A DNA stretch of 64,000 nucleotides, taken from positions 249,678,055 to 249,742,054 of the forward strand of contig NC_133622.1 of NCBI RefSeq assembly GCF_048593235.1. The letters are read 5' to 3'. The DNA comes from Sminthopsis crassicaudata (Eukaryota). Position numbers and translations under genes: made by a program. The notes under the pieces are model-generated. The model did not search any database and was not told the origin of the DNA. It saw only the letters and a list, made by a program, of their open reading frames with translations. Of the stretch, positions 11,601 to 23,400 are shown piece by piece. Position 1 is the stretch's first letter; every line of letters begins with the position of its first letter.

Positions 11601-14600
11601 TCAGCTCAAATCCCTCACCTAAGCCCTGCAGGCCTTGATTTACTTTTCTGTAACATGAAAAGTAGAAGCCACAAGGCCCCCACCAGCTCCAGAGTGAGAC
11701 GGTCACTTCCTAGCTGTGTGCCCCTGGCCAAGTCACTTAACCCTGTTTGCCTCCATTTCCTCAGGGTTTTTATACAGATCAAACAAAATAAGATTTGGTG
11801 CTGTGTAATAGCCTAATGTACAACCTAAGGCGCTTTTTAAACACAACTAATAACAGCCAATGCTTTACGGCACTTACTACGTGCCAGACGCTGTCCTGCG
11901 TGTCTGCAATCATCGGTTATTATTATACGTGAGTGGTTATGTCCCAAATGCTTCCCCTGCAAACTGAACACAAGGACAAAACAGGACAGAGGAGATAGAA
12001 AAGGAGGTGGGGCAGCCGACACCCTGCCCAAAGTTCTGGGAAACCAAAAGCCGGAGTGTTCCCTGGGCCAAAGGCCCCGGCACCTGCCTGGTTCTGTCTG
12101 CAGGCTCTGCAAGCGAATATTAACAGTGACAGGNNNNNNNNNNNNNNNNNNNNNNNNNNNNNNNNNNNNNNNNNNNNNNNNNNNNNNNNNNNNNNNNNNN
12201 NNNNNNNNNNNNNNNNNNNNNNNNNNNNNNNNNNNNNNNNNNNNNNNNNNNNNNNNNNNNNNNNNNNNNNNNNNNNNNNNNNNNNNNNNNNNNNNNNNNN
12301 NNAGANNNNNNNNNNNNNNNNNNNNNNNNNNNNNNNNNNNNNNNNNNNNNNNNNNNNNNNNNNNNNNNNNNNNNNNNNNNNNNNNNNNNNNNNNNNNNNN
12401 NNNNNNNNNNNNNNNNNNNNNNNNNNNNNNNNNNNNNNNNNNNNNNNNNNNNNNNNNNACNNNNNNNNNNNNNNNNNNNNNNNNNNNNNNNNNNNNNNNN
12501 NNNNNNNNNNNNNNNNNNNNNNNNNNNNNNNNNNNNNNNNNNNNNNNNNNNNNNNNNNNNNNNNNNNNNNNNNNNNNNNNNNNNNNNNNNNNNNNNNNNN
12601 NNNNNNNNNNNNNNNNNNNNNNNNNNNNNNNNNNNNNNNNNNNNNNNNNNNNNNNNNNNNNNNNNNNNNNNNNNNNNNNNNNNNNNNNNNNNNNNNNNNN
12701 NNNNNNNNNNNNNNNNNNNNNNNNNNNNNNNNNNNNNNNNNNNNNNNNNNNNNNNNNNNNNNNNNNNNNNNNNNNNNNNNNNNNNNNNNNNNNNNNNNNN
12801 NNNNNNNNNNNNNNNNNNNNNNNNNNNNNNNNNNNNNNNNNNNNNNNNNNNNNNNNNNNNNNNNNNNNNNNNNNNNNNNNNNNNNNNNNNNNNNNNNNNN
12901 NNNNNNNNNNNNNNNNNNNNNNNNNNNNNNNNNNNNNNNNNNNNNNNNNNNNNNNNNNNNNNNNNNNNNNNNNNNNNNNNNNNNNNNNNNNNNNNNNNNN
13001 NNNNNNNNNNNNNNNNNNNNNNNNNNNNNNNNNNNNNNNNNNNNNNNNNNNNNNNNNNNNNNNNNNNNNNNNNNNNNNNNNNNNNNNNNNNNNNNNNNNN
13101 NNNNNNNNNNNNNNNNNNNNNNNNNNNNNNNNNNNNNNAGAAAAGGAGACAGAGAGAGACAGAGNNNNNNNNNNNNNNNNNNNNNNNNNNNNNNNNNNNN
13201 NNNNNNNNNNNNNNNNNNNNNNNNNNNNNNNNNNNNNNNNNNNNNNNNNNNNNNNNNNNNNNNNNNNNNNNNNNNNNNNNNNNNNNNNNNNNNNNNNNNN
13301 NNNNNNNNNNNNNNNNNNNNNNNNNNNNNNNNNNNNNNNNNNNNNNNNNNNNNNNNNNNNNNNNNNNNNNNNNNNNNNNNNNNNNNAGACAAAGAGACAG
13401 AAAGAGGAAGGAGAGAAGGAGACAGAGATGCAGAGAGAAAGAGACAAAAACAAAGAGAGGGAGACAGAGAGAGAGATAGAAAGAGAAACACAAAAATACA
13501 GAGACAGAATGAAGAGACACAGAGACAGAGAGAGGAGGACGAGAGGGAGAAAGAATGGAAGAGACAGACATAAAGAGAGACGGGGAGAGAGAGACAAGCA
13601 CACAGGAAGAGAGAAGAGAGAGGGAGGGAGGGAGGGAGCAGAGAGGGGAGGGTATGACCGCAGGGCCCTCTGGAGACAGCTGCCCTGCAGGCCCCCAGAG
13701 CTGAGGCAGCGGCAGGTGTTTGGTGCCTCTGAGCACACTGCGGGAGTGCGCCCCCCCATGGACCACAGGCTGGGGAGCCGGGCGGCAAGGGCGCAGTCCT
13801 GGGCCCGTCACTCCCTCCTCTGCAGGGTGGGGAGCTGGCTGCGGTCTTCCCATGTGGGGGAAAGCCCCTGGCTAATTCTCTCAGCAATGACCTTCCAGGG
13901 CTCTCCCAGCGAGGGTCTCAGGAGACCCCTCCCCCCACAGCCCCAGCCCGAGGGGGTTTCCAGCGGGCATCCTTGCCCAAAGGCCGCGCCAGTGTTCCGT
14001 AAGCAGCCAAGAGCCAGCTTTCTGTCTCCCTCCCCTTGGACTCCCAGCCCCAGCCCATCCCCTCCTCCAGGAAGCCTTCCCAGATTCCCTCCCTCCCCCC
14101 AGCCCGCCCATGACAAGGATCTTTGCCCCCCCAGAGTGACCCCGTGTTCTGCTCCTCCCCGCTGTGTGACCTTGGGCAGCACCCGGCACCGTTCCCTGTG
14201 CTTGAGGCCCGAGGGCCCAAGCACCAGGGAGGGACGTTCCGAGCCCGACCGAGGCTCCATGGCCAACAGCGCGTCGTCACCCAGGCCCCCCAGCGGCCAG
14301 CCGGTGCCAGCGGGAGCCCCCTCCTGCCCTCCAGAAGCTCTAAAGGAGAGGGCCGAGGGCACTGCCGGGTGGGAGGAGGGAGGGCGGGCCGGGAGGACGG
14401 GCAGGCCCTCCCCGTGTGTGCCCAGGGCCGAGGGGAAAGGAGCCACACTCGGGGTGAGGGGTGAGCGGCCCGAGAAAGGAGGGCGGGGGCGGAGGGGGCT
14501 GGGGGAGGCGCCCTTGGAGATGCCAGCGGCAAAGGCCAGAGGGGACTGGGGAGAGCGGGAGCCGGAGGCCTCGAGTCGGAGATAGTCACAGGACGTCCAG

Positions 14601-17420
14601 TTCGAGATGCCCAGCAGGCTGTGAGGCGAGACGAGCACGGAGAGCCTCCCCAGCCCACCAGCCCGCCCCCTATCAGGCCCGGGAGAGCAGCCAGGGACAG
14701 GCCGACCCCAGCTTCTCCTCCCTATCGGTGCCCAAGGGCAGAGGGAGAGCGCGGGCAGCTTGCCAGGCCTGTCAAGAACCAGGGGGGCAGGGCCAGGGAG
14801 CACAGGCCGTGGGGGGGCAGGGGAGAAGGAAGAAGTCTGAGGGAGGGGACAAGAGGAGAAACAATGTCTCTTGGGTCCAGAGTTTCAAAAAAGAGCGATC
14901 CCCAACATATTCACACCCCCCCTCACACTCACCCCCCCTCTCACCCCCCTTCCCCTCACTCACCCCCCTCCCACTCACGCCCCCTCTCTCACTCCCCCTC
15001 TCACTCACCCCCCCTCTCTCACCCCCCCTCTCTCACTCACCCCCCTCCCTCACACACACACCCTCTCTCACCCCCCCTCTCTCACTCACCCCCTTTCTCT
15101 CTCATCCCCCTCCCTCTCACTCACCCCCCCTCTCTCTCACCCCCCTCCCTCACACACACACCCTCTCTCACCCCCCTCCCTCACACTCACCCCCCCCTCT
15201 CTCACCCCCCCTCCCTCACACTCACTCCCCCCTCTCTCACCCCCCCTCCCTCACACTCACCCCCCCTCTCACCCCCCTCCCTCTCACTCACCCCCCTCTC
15301 TCTCTCACCCCCCTCCCTCACACACACCCTCTCTCACTCCCCCTCTCTCACTCACCCCCTCTCTCTCTCACCCCCCCTCACTCTCACTCACCCCCCCTCT
15401 CTCACTCACCCCCTCTCTCTCTCACCCCCCTCACTCTCACTCACCCCCCCTCTCTCACCCCCCTCCCTCACACTCACCCCCCCACTCTCACTCACCCCCC
15501 CTCACACTCACCCCCCCTCTCTCACTCACCCCCCTCTCTCTCACCCCCCCTCTCTCTCACTCACCCCCCTCCCTCACACTCACCCCCCCTCTCTCACCCC
15601 TCTCACTCACCCCCCTCCCTCACACTCACCCCCCTCTCTCACCCCCCTCACACTCACCCCCCCTCACACTCACCCCCTCCCTCACACTCACCCCCTCCCT
15701 CACACTCACCCCCTCCCTCACACTCACCCCCTCCCTCACACTCACCCCCCTCTCTCACCCCCCTCACACTCACCCCCTCCCTCACACTCACCCCCCTCAC
15801 ACTCACCCCCCTCTCACTCTCACTCACCCCCCCCTCTCACCCCCCTCACACTCACCCCCCTCACACTCACCCCCTCCCTCACACTCACCCCCTCCCTCAC
15901 ACTCACCCCCTCCCTCACACTCACCCCCTCCCTCACACTCACCCCCCTCTCTCACCCCCCTCACACTCACCCCCCCCTCACACTCACCCCCTCCCTCACA
16001 CTCACCCCCTCCCTCACACTCACCCCCCTCTCTCACCCCCCTCACACTCACCCCCTCCCTCACACTCACCCCCCTCACACTCACCCCCCTCTCACTCTCA
16101 CTCACCCCCCCCTCTCACCCCCCTCACACTCACCCCCCTCACACTCACCCCCTCCCTCACACTCACCCCCTCCCTCACACTCACCCCCTCCCTCACACTC
16201 ACCCCCCCTCTCTCACCCCCCTCACACTCACCCCCCCCTCACACTCACCCCCTCCCTCACACTCACCCCCTCCCTCACACTCACCCCCCTCACACTCACC
16301 CCCCTCTCACTCTCACTCACCCCCCTCTCTCTCTCACCCCCCTCCCTCACACACACCCTCTCTCACTCCCCCTCTCTCACTCACCCCCCCCTCACTCTCA
16401 CTCACCCCCCCTCTCTCACCCCCCTTCCCTCACACTCACCCCCCCTCACTCTCACTCACCCCCCCCCTCTCACCCCCCTCACACTCACCCCCCCTCACAC
16501 TCCCTCCCTCACACTCGCGCGGGCACCCGCCCACCCCCTCCCCCCAGGTGCCGGCGTTCCTAAAAGTGCTCAGTGACAAACGGATCCGCACACAAAAGCG
16601 CCGAGAGTTCCCAGGGCGGCGGGAGAGAAGGAACTTCGGCAAAGTTATTTTCCGGCAGACAAACCCCCGAAGTCCGGGTCCCGGGCCCAGGGCTAGCTCT
16701 CAGCCCGAAGGGGCCGGCCCCTGGTCCGGGCTGGGGGAGGGGCCGGCGGGGCGAGGGCAGCCGGGCTCCCTGGGCCGCTCCGCCTCAGTTTCCCCACGTG
16801 CCGCACAGGGCAGACCCGACGCTACAGGTTAAGAAACTAGGCCAAAGTTAGAGCAGGAGAGGAAGCGGCCGGGACGGAGCGGGGGCTGAGGGGCCCGGGG
16901 GGAGGGGGGCGGGGGCCCGGGCTAGCGCACCCGCGCCGGCTGGGGGGGCTCCCGCCCGTCCCCTTCCCCCGGAATGCGGGGGGGTCTAGCTCGGGGGTCT
17001 CTGCCATCGCGGCCGCCCGGGGCGGACTCCGCGCCCACAGCAGCCGGACCCGTGCGCCTAACGGGGGCGGCGGTCCGAGGGGAGGGGCGCGGGCCGGTCC
17101 CCTTACCTTTGGCCTCCTTCCAGTCGGTGGAGGTGTTGAGGTCCACCTTGGCCGCCATGGCCAGAGGGGGAGCGGCTGCCCGAGTGCGCACGCCGGCCCG
17201 CCCGGGTCCCTGTGCCCGGCAGAGGAGGCGCGGTGCCAAGGAGGGCTGCGCCCCGGGGAGCCGCCGCCAGTGCGCGCGCGCCCAGGGGCGCCCGGAGGCC
17301 GCCGCACGTGCCCCGGGGCGCGCTCGGGGGGCGGCGGGGGGCGGCGAGGCGCGCGCAGAGGCCCCGCGCGGCGCCGAGCATCCGAGCCCCGCCGACTGCC
17401 CCGCGGCTGGCCCACGGCAT
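2681..17420 (-). CDS. MACROD1: ADP-ribose glycohydrolase MACROD1, 5' part (exons 1-3); the rest lies left of the window
   Basis: Exon 1 ends at 17107 ([20 protein letters not shown] 17158, donor GTAAG). Exon 2 3448-3347 (102 nt, [29 protein letters not shown]). Exon 3 2797-2681 (117 nt, [20 protein letters not shown], start of the macro domain). Phases are consistent. The upstream ATG at 17420 is out of frame (see findings). Confidence 0.95.
4590..5876. repeat. GC-rich minisatellite of 9/18-bp units (GGCTCCCGA GGCTCCGTG) in MACROD1 intron 1
   Basis: About 1.3 kb of tandem units with variants GGCCCCGTG, GGCTCCATG and GGCTCTGTG. Confidence 0.97.
6370..6470 (-). mobile_element. CORE-SINE (MIR/MAR1-like) fragment
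   Basis: gacttgcccagggtcacacagctagt...tctgaggctggg core motif. Confidence 0.7.
6632..7063 (-). mobile_element. Solo LTR (432 bp) inserted into a MIR
   Basis: TG...CA ends. Terminal inverted repeat TGTAAAGTTCT / AGAACCTAACA (9/11). Perfect 6-bp TSD GAGAAG (6626-6631 and 7064-7069). Strand inferred only from a TATA-like GATAAAAG and a CCAAT on the minus strand. Confidence 0.85.
7085..7300 (+). mobile_element. Decayed LINE-1 ORF2 fragment
   Basis: Translation LTELEN..KCKEG..LKAY resembles L1 ORF2 FTELEK..KNKAGG..FKLYY (from memory). Confidence 0.6.
7404..7872 (+). mobile_element. Solo LTR (469 bp), same family as 50061-50656
   Basis: TGTTAT...ATTACA ends. Near-perfect 6-bp TSD GTTTCC/ATTTCC. 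TATA-like catataag near 7557 and AATAAA at 7747. Collinear similarity to the copy at 50061. Confidence 0.8.
7880..8440 (+). mobile_element. Decayed LINE-1 3' region
   Basis: gaaagacctgaactgatg...ccatcttcagaaagagagagaa resembles the marsupial L1 3' end; it ends in an A/T-rich tail. Confidence 0.5.
10790..11560 (+). mobile_element. Marsupial-type LINE-1 3' end interrupted by an AT-rich simple repeat
   Basis: gacttatgggaactgatgctgagcgaagtga...tatgatgatcaattctg...ggggagggggaaggaacatttggaac...aataaaa followed by an A-rich tail. Confidence 0.8.
10865..11110. repeat. AT-rich low-complexity / (TA)n tract
   Basis: Almost entirely A/T, with a pure TA run at about 10908-10932. Confidence 0.95.
11700..11765 (+). 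mobile_element. CORE-SINE fragment
   Basis: cacttcctagctgtgtgcccctggccaagtcacttaacc. Confidence 0.7.
12125..13650. repeat. (GA/GACA)n simple repeat, mostly N-masked (12134-13138, 13165-13386)
   Basis: Flanks and small islands inside the N block are all agag/agac sequence. Confidence 0.85.
14911..16516. repeat. C-rich minisatellite, unit about CTCACACTCACCCCCTCC, in MACROD1 intron 1
   Basis: 1.6 kb of ctcacactcacccc variants, with essentially no G on the + strand. Confidence 0.97.
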
Positions 17421-17950
17421 GAGGAAGGGCCCCCGCCTGGCGCGCTCCAGTCACTCGGAACCGGGAAGAGCGCGGCCGGAGCGAGCGGCTGCGGACGGGC
17501 GGCGGGCGATCCGGGACGCGCCGCTGGGGACCCTGGAACTTGTAGTCCCGCCCGCCGGGCGCCCGGCTCCCGCCGCTGCCAGTGAACTTGGCCCAGGCTG
17601 CGCAGCGAGCCGGCCCGCACCGCTCCGGGAGCCCGCGGCCGCACAGGAAAGGCAGCGCGTGCTTGCGCCAATGCGCCCCTCCCCCCCCCCCACCCCCGGC
17701 AAACCCCGCGTGTGCGCGCTTGCACCAACGCGCCCCCCCAAACCCCGCCTGTGCGCGTTTGCATGAACGCCTCCCCTCCCCCCCCCAGCAAACCCCGCGT
17801 GTGTGCACGCGCTTGTATGAACGCGCCCCCCCACCCCCCTCAAACCCCCCAGCGCACCAACACACCCCCCGAGGCAAACTCCCGGGGGCACGCGCACACC
17901 CCACGCCCCAACAATCCCACGAGTGCTTGTGTGCACCACCATTTCCTCAG
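16520..17950 (-). promoter_or_regulatory. MACROD1: MACROD1 CpG-island promoter / exon 1 region
   Basis: Very high CpG density around exon 1, with GC boxes. Confidence 0.75.
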
Positions 17951-18669
17951 CCAAGCCAAAGCCCCCCTTTGCCCCCCCAAAGACCTCCCGGAAGAGGGCT
18001 CAGGATGCCCAGGCCCAGCCAGCTGCTCCCGGCACTAGCCGGAGCGGGCCCTGCCTCTCGGCCCTCTGAGGGCCCCCAACGCAACCACTGAGCCGTTTCT
18101 GTGACCTCCCCTAACATTGGCAGACAGCGGTTTGTTACTGGGGACACTCAGGGGGAGTCACGGTAAATGGCTCTGAACACTTCCCCTTTTATAATCTCTG
18201 GGCCGCGGTGCTGCTGGATCAAAGGACGTGCAGGTTTTCGGGGCCATTGGGTGGCAGAATGGTGGGCGCCTGAGCGCTCCGGACCTGGCCTGCCTCGCTC
18301 TGGCCCGGCACTGGCACAGCGCCAGCCTTGGACACCCCGCCTCTGACCGCACCACACTGGACGGGGTTATTCCACTTCTGGGCCCCGCGGCTCCCCTGCC
18401 ACAGACCAGAAGGGAGGAAACAGGGGGCCGCGTCCTCCCTCGGAAACCTGCAGCTCTGTCACCCGGGCAGGGCAAGGGGAGCGGGTCCGCGGCAGGAGTC
18501 GAGGCTTGCGGGGAGCCCTTGGAGCTACGAGAAGGAAAAACGGCCTCTGCTCCGGGAGCCCTCCGTCTAAGGGGGAGAAACTAGAAATAAGTGGATGCAG
18601 AGATCTATAAAGAGAACACGAAAGGCCCCCTCAGAGGGGAAGTCAGAGGAGGGTCCTTCCGGGGGGTCC

Positions 18670-18810
18670 ATAGATGAGGCAGAGGCAGACAGACAGACAG
18701 ACAGACAGATGGATGGATGGATAATAGATAAATATTGATAATAAAATAGATAGCCTTTAAGAGCTAGACAAACCTGATCGATGGATAGATTAGACAGACA
18801 GATATTAATG
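18670..18810. repeat. Compound (GACA)n(GATG)n(GATA)n microsatellite
   Basis: agacagacagacag...gatggatggatgg...gatagat. Confidence 0.9.
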
Positions 18811-19784
18811 ATGGAGCTCGAGGCCTGGGCTGGACCAAAGCTTCTGAGTGGAGGTTGGGAAATGATGCTTCCTTACAGTCCCTGTTTGATTTGCACTCCT
18901 GTTTTATGTACCGATGTGCTGGGTCACATAGATATTTCTCAGGTGAAAGGGGTCGCACGTTAAGAAGCCCTGGGTTGGTGACGCTTTGAGCCGCTTCCAG
19001 CTCTGGAACCGCGATCATGGGAGACTACTGACCCCCCCCATTTTACAGAGGAGCTGGGGCCCGGGGTGGTGGCCGGCTCTCCCGCTTAGACACAGTCATG
19101 CTTTCCACTGCCCCACGGGTAACTCCCGCCAGGTGGGAGGAGACAGCTCCACTGCACACGGTTGTTCCCTCGCCTTTGCCCTGCCCTGAATCTGCTCAGA
19201 ATGCCATCCAAGGAGGCTGCTATCTGCTGGGCTCTTGCAGCCAGAACCGGTAGGTCCGGTTGGGTGGCCCGCCTCAAGCCCGCAGAACTGTACCTTCCCA
19301 GCTCCCAGCGGGGGAGCGGCCCCCGAGCCAAGTAGCGATTCCAGGGGAGAGGGACTGGGAGATCCTTCCTCTCAGGTAAATCTCCTTATCCTGCCAAGCC
19401 CAGCGAAGGTGGGGGACTGATCCAAGGTGACTCAGGCACATGGCCAGAGCAGAATGGGCACTCGGGACCCTGCAGAGCCAGTCATCCCATGTCCCCGGTC
19501 CCACAAGTTCGGAAGAAGGTGGGCACGGGGAAACTGGGAACAGAACAGCTCAAAGTGAGGAAGGCCGGTCGTCCGATCCTGGGAAAGTCAGTCTCCCCTC
19601 TGGTGCCTCGGTTCCCTCACCTGAGACAAGCACTTGGAGGGGAAGGCCTGTGAGCAAATCTGAGTCTGGGGGGGGTCCCAGGTGGGGTCTCCCAGTGGGC
19701 TGTCTGGTCTCTGATGCAGGCTGCGCCCCTCTGGGACACCTCCCATGAGCCTCCCACAGAAGCATGGAAACCTGGCTGGCCCCT

Positions 19785-19965
19785 CTCTCTGTCTCTCTCT
19801 CCTCTCTTCCCTCCCTCCATCTCCCTCCTTCCATCCCTCTTTCTCTTTCTCTCTTCCCCTCCCTCTCTCTTTCTCTCTTCCCCTCCCTCTCTCTTTCTCT
19901 CTTCCCCTCCCTCTCTTTCTCCTTTTTCTGTTTTCTCTCCTCTCTCTTTCTTGCTCCCTCCACTT
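19785..19965. repeat. CT-rich simple repeat
   Basis: Repeated ctctcttcccctccctctctcttt units. Confidence 0.9.
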
Positions 19966-20454
19966 CTTCCTCTTCCTTCCGAGGTCAGGACTACATTTCC
20001 CAGCATCCTAGTTCAGCCTTCCCCCCTCCTCCCCTCCCCTCAAGTCCATGGCTCCAGTTTCCCAGGACACCTGGGAACTCTCACATTCAGCCTTCTCTCC
20101 AGGCCCTGAGCTTGCCCCTGGCCCGGCCTCTTCACCTGTTGCTGGAATCCAGGCCCGGAGCTAGAAATAGCTGTGAGCCCTGGGGGGGAGGGGCCAGCAG
20201 CTCCCCCTCCCGCCCTGAGGGGACACAAGCCAAGAGCACTGAGCTTGCTGCCTGAGTCACCTTGGGGCTGCCGGACTCCTCTGGGCTGGGACTTGTGAAC
20301 AGGGGAGGCTCCTTAGATGCTCCACGGACTTGCCAGCCCGGCCCCTCTCCTGACATCCTTCTGGAGCCCAAGAATAAAAACTCACTTGGGTAACACGCTG
20401 GAGTCTGGATCCCCGATCTCAGAGAATCCAGCCCCTGAGGCCCAAGGAGCAGTC

Positions 20455-20695
20455 CAGTCAACCAGCCTGTTAGAGCACCTACTATGTGCTCTGCACTCTG
20501 AAACCCTTCCATTTAACTCAGTAAACATTAATCACCTACTATGTGCCAAACACTGTTAAGCCCTTTCCATTCAACTCAATAAACATTAATCACTTACCAT
20601 GTTCCAGGCACTGTTAAGCCCTTTCCAAATTAATTCAATAAACTTTTATTAATCACCTACTAAGTGCCAGGCACTGTGCCAAACCCTAGGGATAC
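20455..20695 (+). repeat. Four degenerate tandem copies of the LINE-2 3' tail
   Basis: cacctactatgtgcc-like motif at 20476, 20533, 20591 and 20654. Confidence 0.75.
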
Positions 20696-23400
20696 AGAAA
20701 GGCTCAGGGCAGTCCCTGTGTCCAGGAGCTTGCAGTCTAATGAGATAAGGGGCAAACAGCCGCAGAGGAGGCCAGGTATCAGGGGATGGGGACCCAGGGG
20801 AGGGAGGCCCAGGAGCGGCTGGAGAAGGCTTCCTGCGGAAGTAGGGGATTGAGTTGGGAAGCTGGAGGTCAGGACAGAGCTAGGCTGTTGGGGAGCTGGA
20901 AAAGGCCCGGAAAGGGAGAAGGGAGCCAGGCTCTAAAGGGCCAGGAGCACTAAGCAGCCCAAGGGCCAAAGGCTCAAATCTGTCCCTGTCCTAGGCTGGC
21001 AGCTTGAACACTGGGAGGAACCGGAGTGGGGAGCAGAGCCCCAAGGCTGGGGGGAGGGGAAGGCGCCCCAGGAAATAGCAGAACTGAACAGCAGTCACGG
21101 GGTGTCTAGAGTTGGGAGTGTGGCCGTCCAAGGTCAGCTTTAAATCAAATGTTTGTTTTGTTTTGTTTTGAAAGACAGGCTCAGGGAAGAGACTGTCCTT
21201 CCCTCAAGGCCTGGCGGCAGCTGGGCTCCTCCAGAAGAAAATTCAGTTTGAATTTCTTTCCCTTCCAATCTGACAGATGGGTCCCAATTTCCCAAGCTTC
21301 CTCGGAAATATGTGGCAGATGGTTCTGTCAGTCAGTCAACCAACCAGCATTTATTAAGCTCCTACTGTATGCAGAGCACAGTCAGAGACTGCTGTGTGAG
21401 GGATGGTGGGAGAGAGAGGAGAGAGCCTGGGGGCACAGAGACCAGTTAGGAGGCTGCGGGCAGAGGGGAATGAGTCGTAGCTGGTAGCCATCACCAGCCT
21501 GGCTTTGCCACCCCTTTAAATGGGATTTCCTCTCCCATACCTAAGGCTGGGCCAAAGTCGACCTTCTAGCCCTGCTCTTCCATAGTACTCTACCACCTCA
21601 TGCCTTTGCCCTGCTGGTACCCCCGCCTGGAATGCCATTCTTGCCTTGTATCCTTTACTTGCTTCAAAACTACTCAGGCAACACCCCCACCAGAGGGGTT
21701 CCTGAGCCCTCTCCTCCAGCTGGTGTCCTCCCTACTCTTCCAGCACGCTGCCAGCTCTAGTCCGTCCCTGTCCTTTGTGGACTGATGCTCGTACAGGCGA
21801 TCTTTCCCAGGAGAATATAAGATCCCCGGGCACCTGGACGGTGCACTTAACCGCCCCACAGTTGACAAGCTGAACCTTCCCGGGCTCCCATGTATGCCGG
21901 GTCTGACCCGGGCTGTGGGACACGGAGCTGGGTCTTTGCGTCTGGGTCCCGTTCTCTGAGTTCTCTGATGGGTCTCCAGGATTGCCCTTGGGGGGCTCAG
22001 AAGGACTCCCAGGAAAATATCGCTCCACTAGCACTGAAAGGGAATGACTCGGACCACCTGGATGATCCCGCCTCCCCACGGGGTCTCCGGCACGTTTCAC
22101 AAAGCGCCCCAGAGGAAGAACATGGAGACCCTTCTGCCTGCAACGTTAGCGAGCTTTGCACAATCTTTAATAACAGATCTTTAGGAGAGAGCCAAGCGAC
22201 CCTTTTATTAATGATTTGAAAACGATTATTAATTCTCTAGAAAACATTATAGGCGGTCATGTGACTTTGCTCATGGGTCAGACCTGGAATTTCAACTCCA
22301 GGGGATCTCCCCAAGGAAGGCCCCTCCCCTCCAGGTGGATAAATACGTGTCATGCAGTTCCATTAGCAAAGCAAGGCCCGGCCCCATCGCAGTACGGCCT
22401 GGCCTGCTTGTGAACGCTCCCAGGGCTTTGTTTCCAATAGCTCCTCTCCTTTGCAGCTCTGCGGACGTGCTCGGAGGCACCTAGAAACCTGGTTCTTGGA
22501 AGGCTCCAAGTTCTCCCACAGGGGTCAAGAACCGGATGTGAGGACCCTAACGTTGGTCAGTTTCCCACAGACGCTGATATTTGGATGGCGCACAAGGCGT
22601 TATCTCCACTTCACAAGGGGGGGCAGCCGGGTGATGATTGGTGGCTCCAGGATTCGCACTCTGCCCTTGGGAGTGGGTGAGGCCCTGGAAAGGGAGCTGC
22701 TCTGGAAGCCCAGCTCTGCTCCTTTTCCTCATCTGTGAATCAGGGAGATGGACTAAGGGGCCACCCAGGCCCCCTCCCAGCTCTGTTTGTCCCATCCTGC
22801 CCCCTCCAGGTGCCATCCTCCCCATGCCCTCTGTCCAGGGGTCAGGGACCTAGGCTTTATCTCAGGCGTCTTATTCAGTAACCTGAGGAGTGTAGCTTAC
22901 AGCGGGGAAACTGAGACAGAAAGGGGCTCATTTGCCCAAAGTAGCAGAAACAGCTCCAAATAGAAAAAAAAAATTTCAAAGCACTTATTAAGCGCTTACT
23001 GTGTACTGGTTCTGTACTTAATTATGCCCTTTACAATTACCAGGACTTCCAGGCAGGCAGGGGTGAAGGGGCTCGCCTAATTCCTTGCCTGAACACCCCC
23101 CTTCCCCCATCTCCCATCCTGAGCTCTCATTCTGGAGCGGTGGAGATTTTGCAACCCATTGCACAGATAGGAAAACTGAAGCCTATTCAGGGCCTTCCAA
23201 TTAGGCTGAGCAGTTTGAGGAGGGAAAGTGCATGATACCCCCGGGCTGCAGGAAGTCAGTGAGGCCACTCGGCGGAGCCCGCACATCCGCCACGGGTGAG
23301 GGGAGGTGGGGGGGGGGGGAGGACCCACGGCCGTGGCAACAGTCTGCTCGAATGGCAGCAGGAGCGACCTATCACACAGAGGCGCTTGGAGATCCTACGC

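Noticed and set aside
11837-16832. ORFs of 500-800 aa
   Set aside because: Produced by N runs and by CT/GA low-complexity repeats that lack stop codons.
16922-17791. In-frame ATG at 17764 as the MACROD1 start
   Set aside because: It lies in the repetitive promoter region, probably upstream of the TSS. It would add 202 residues with no presequence character or recognisable homology.
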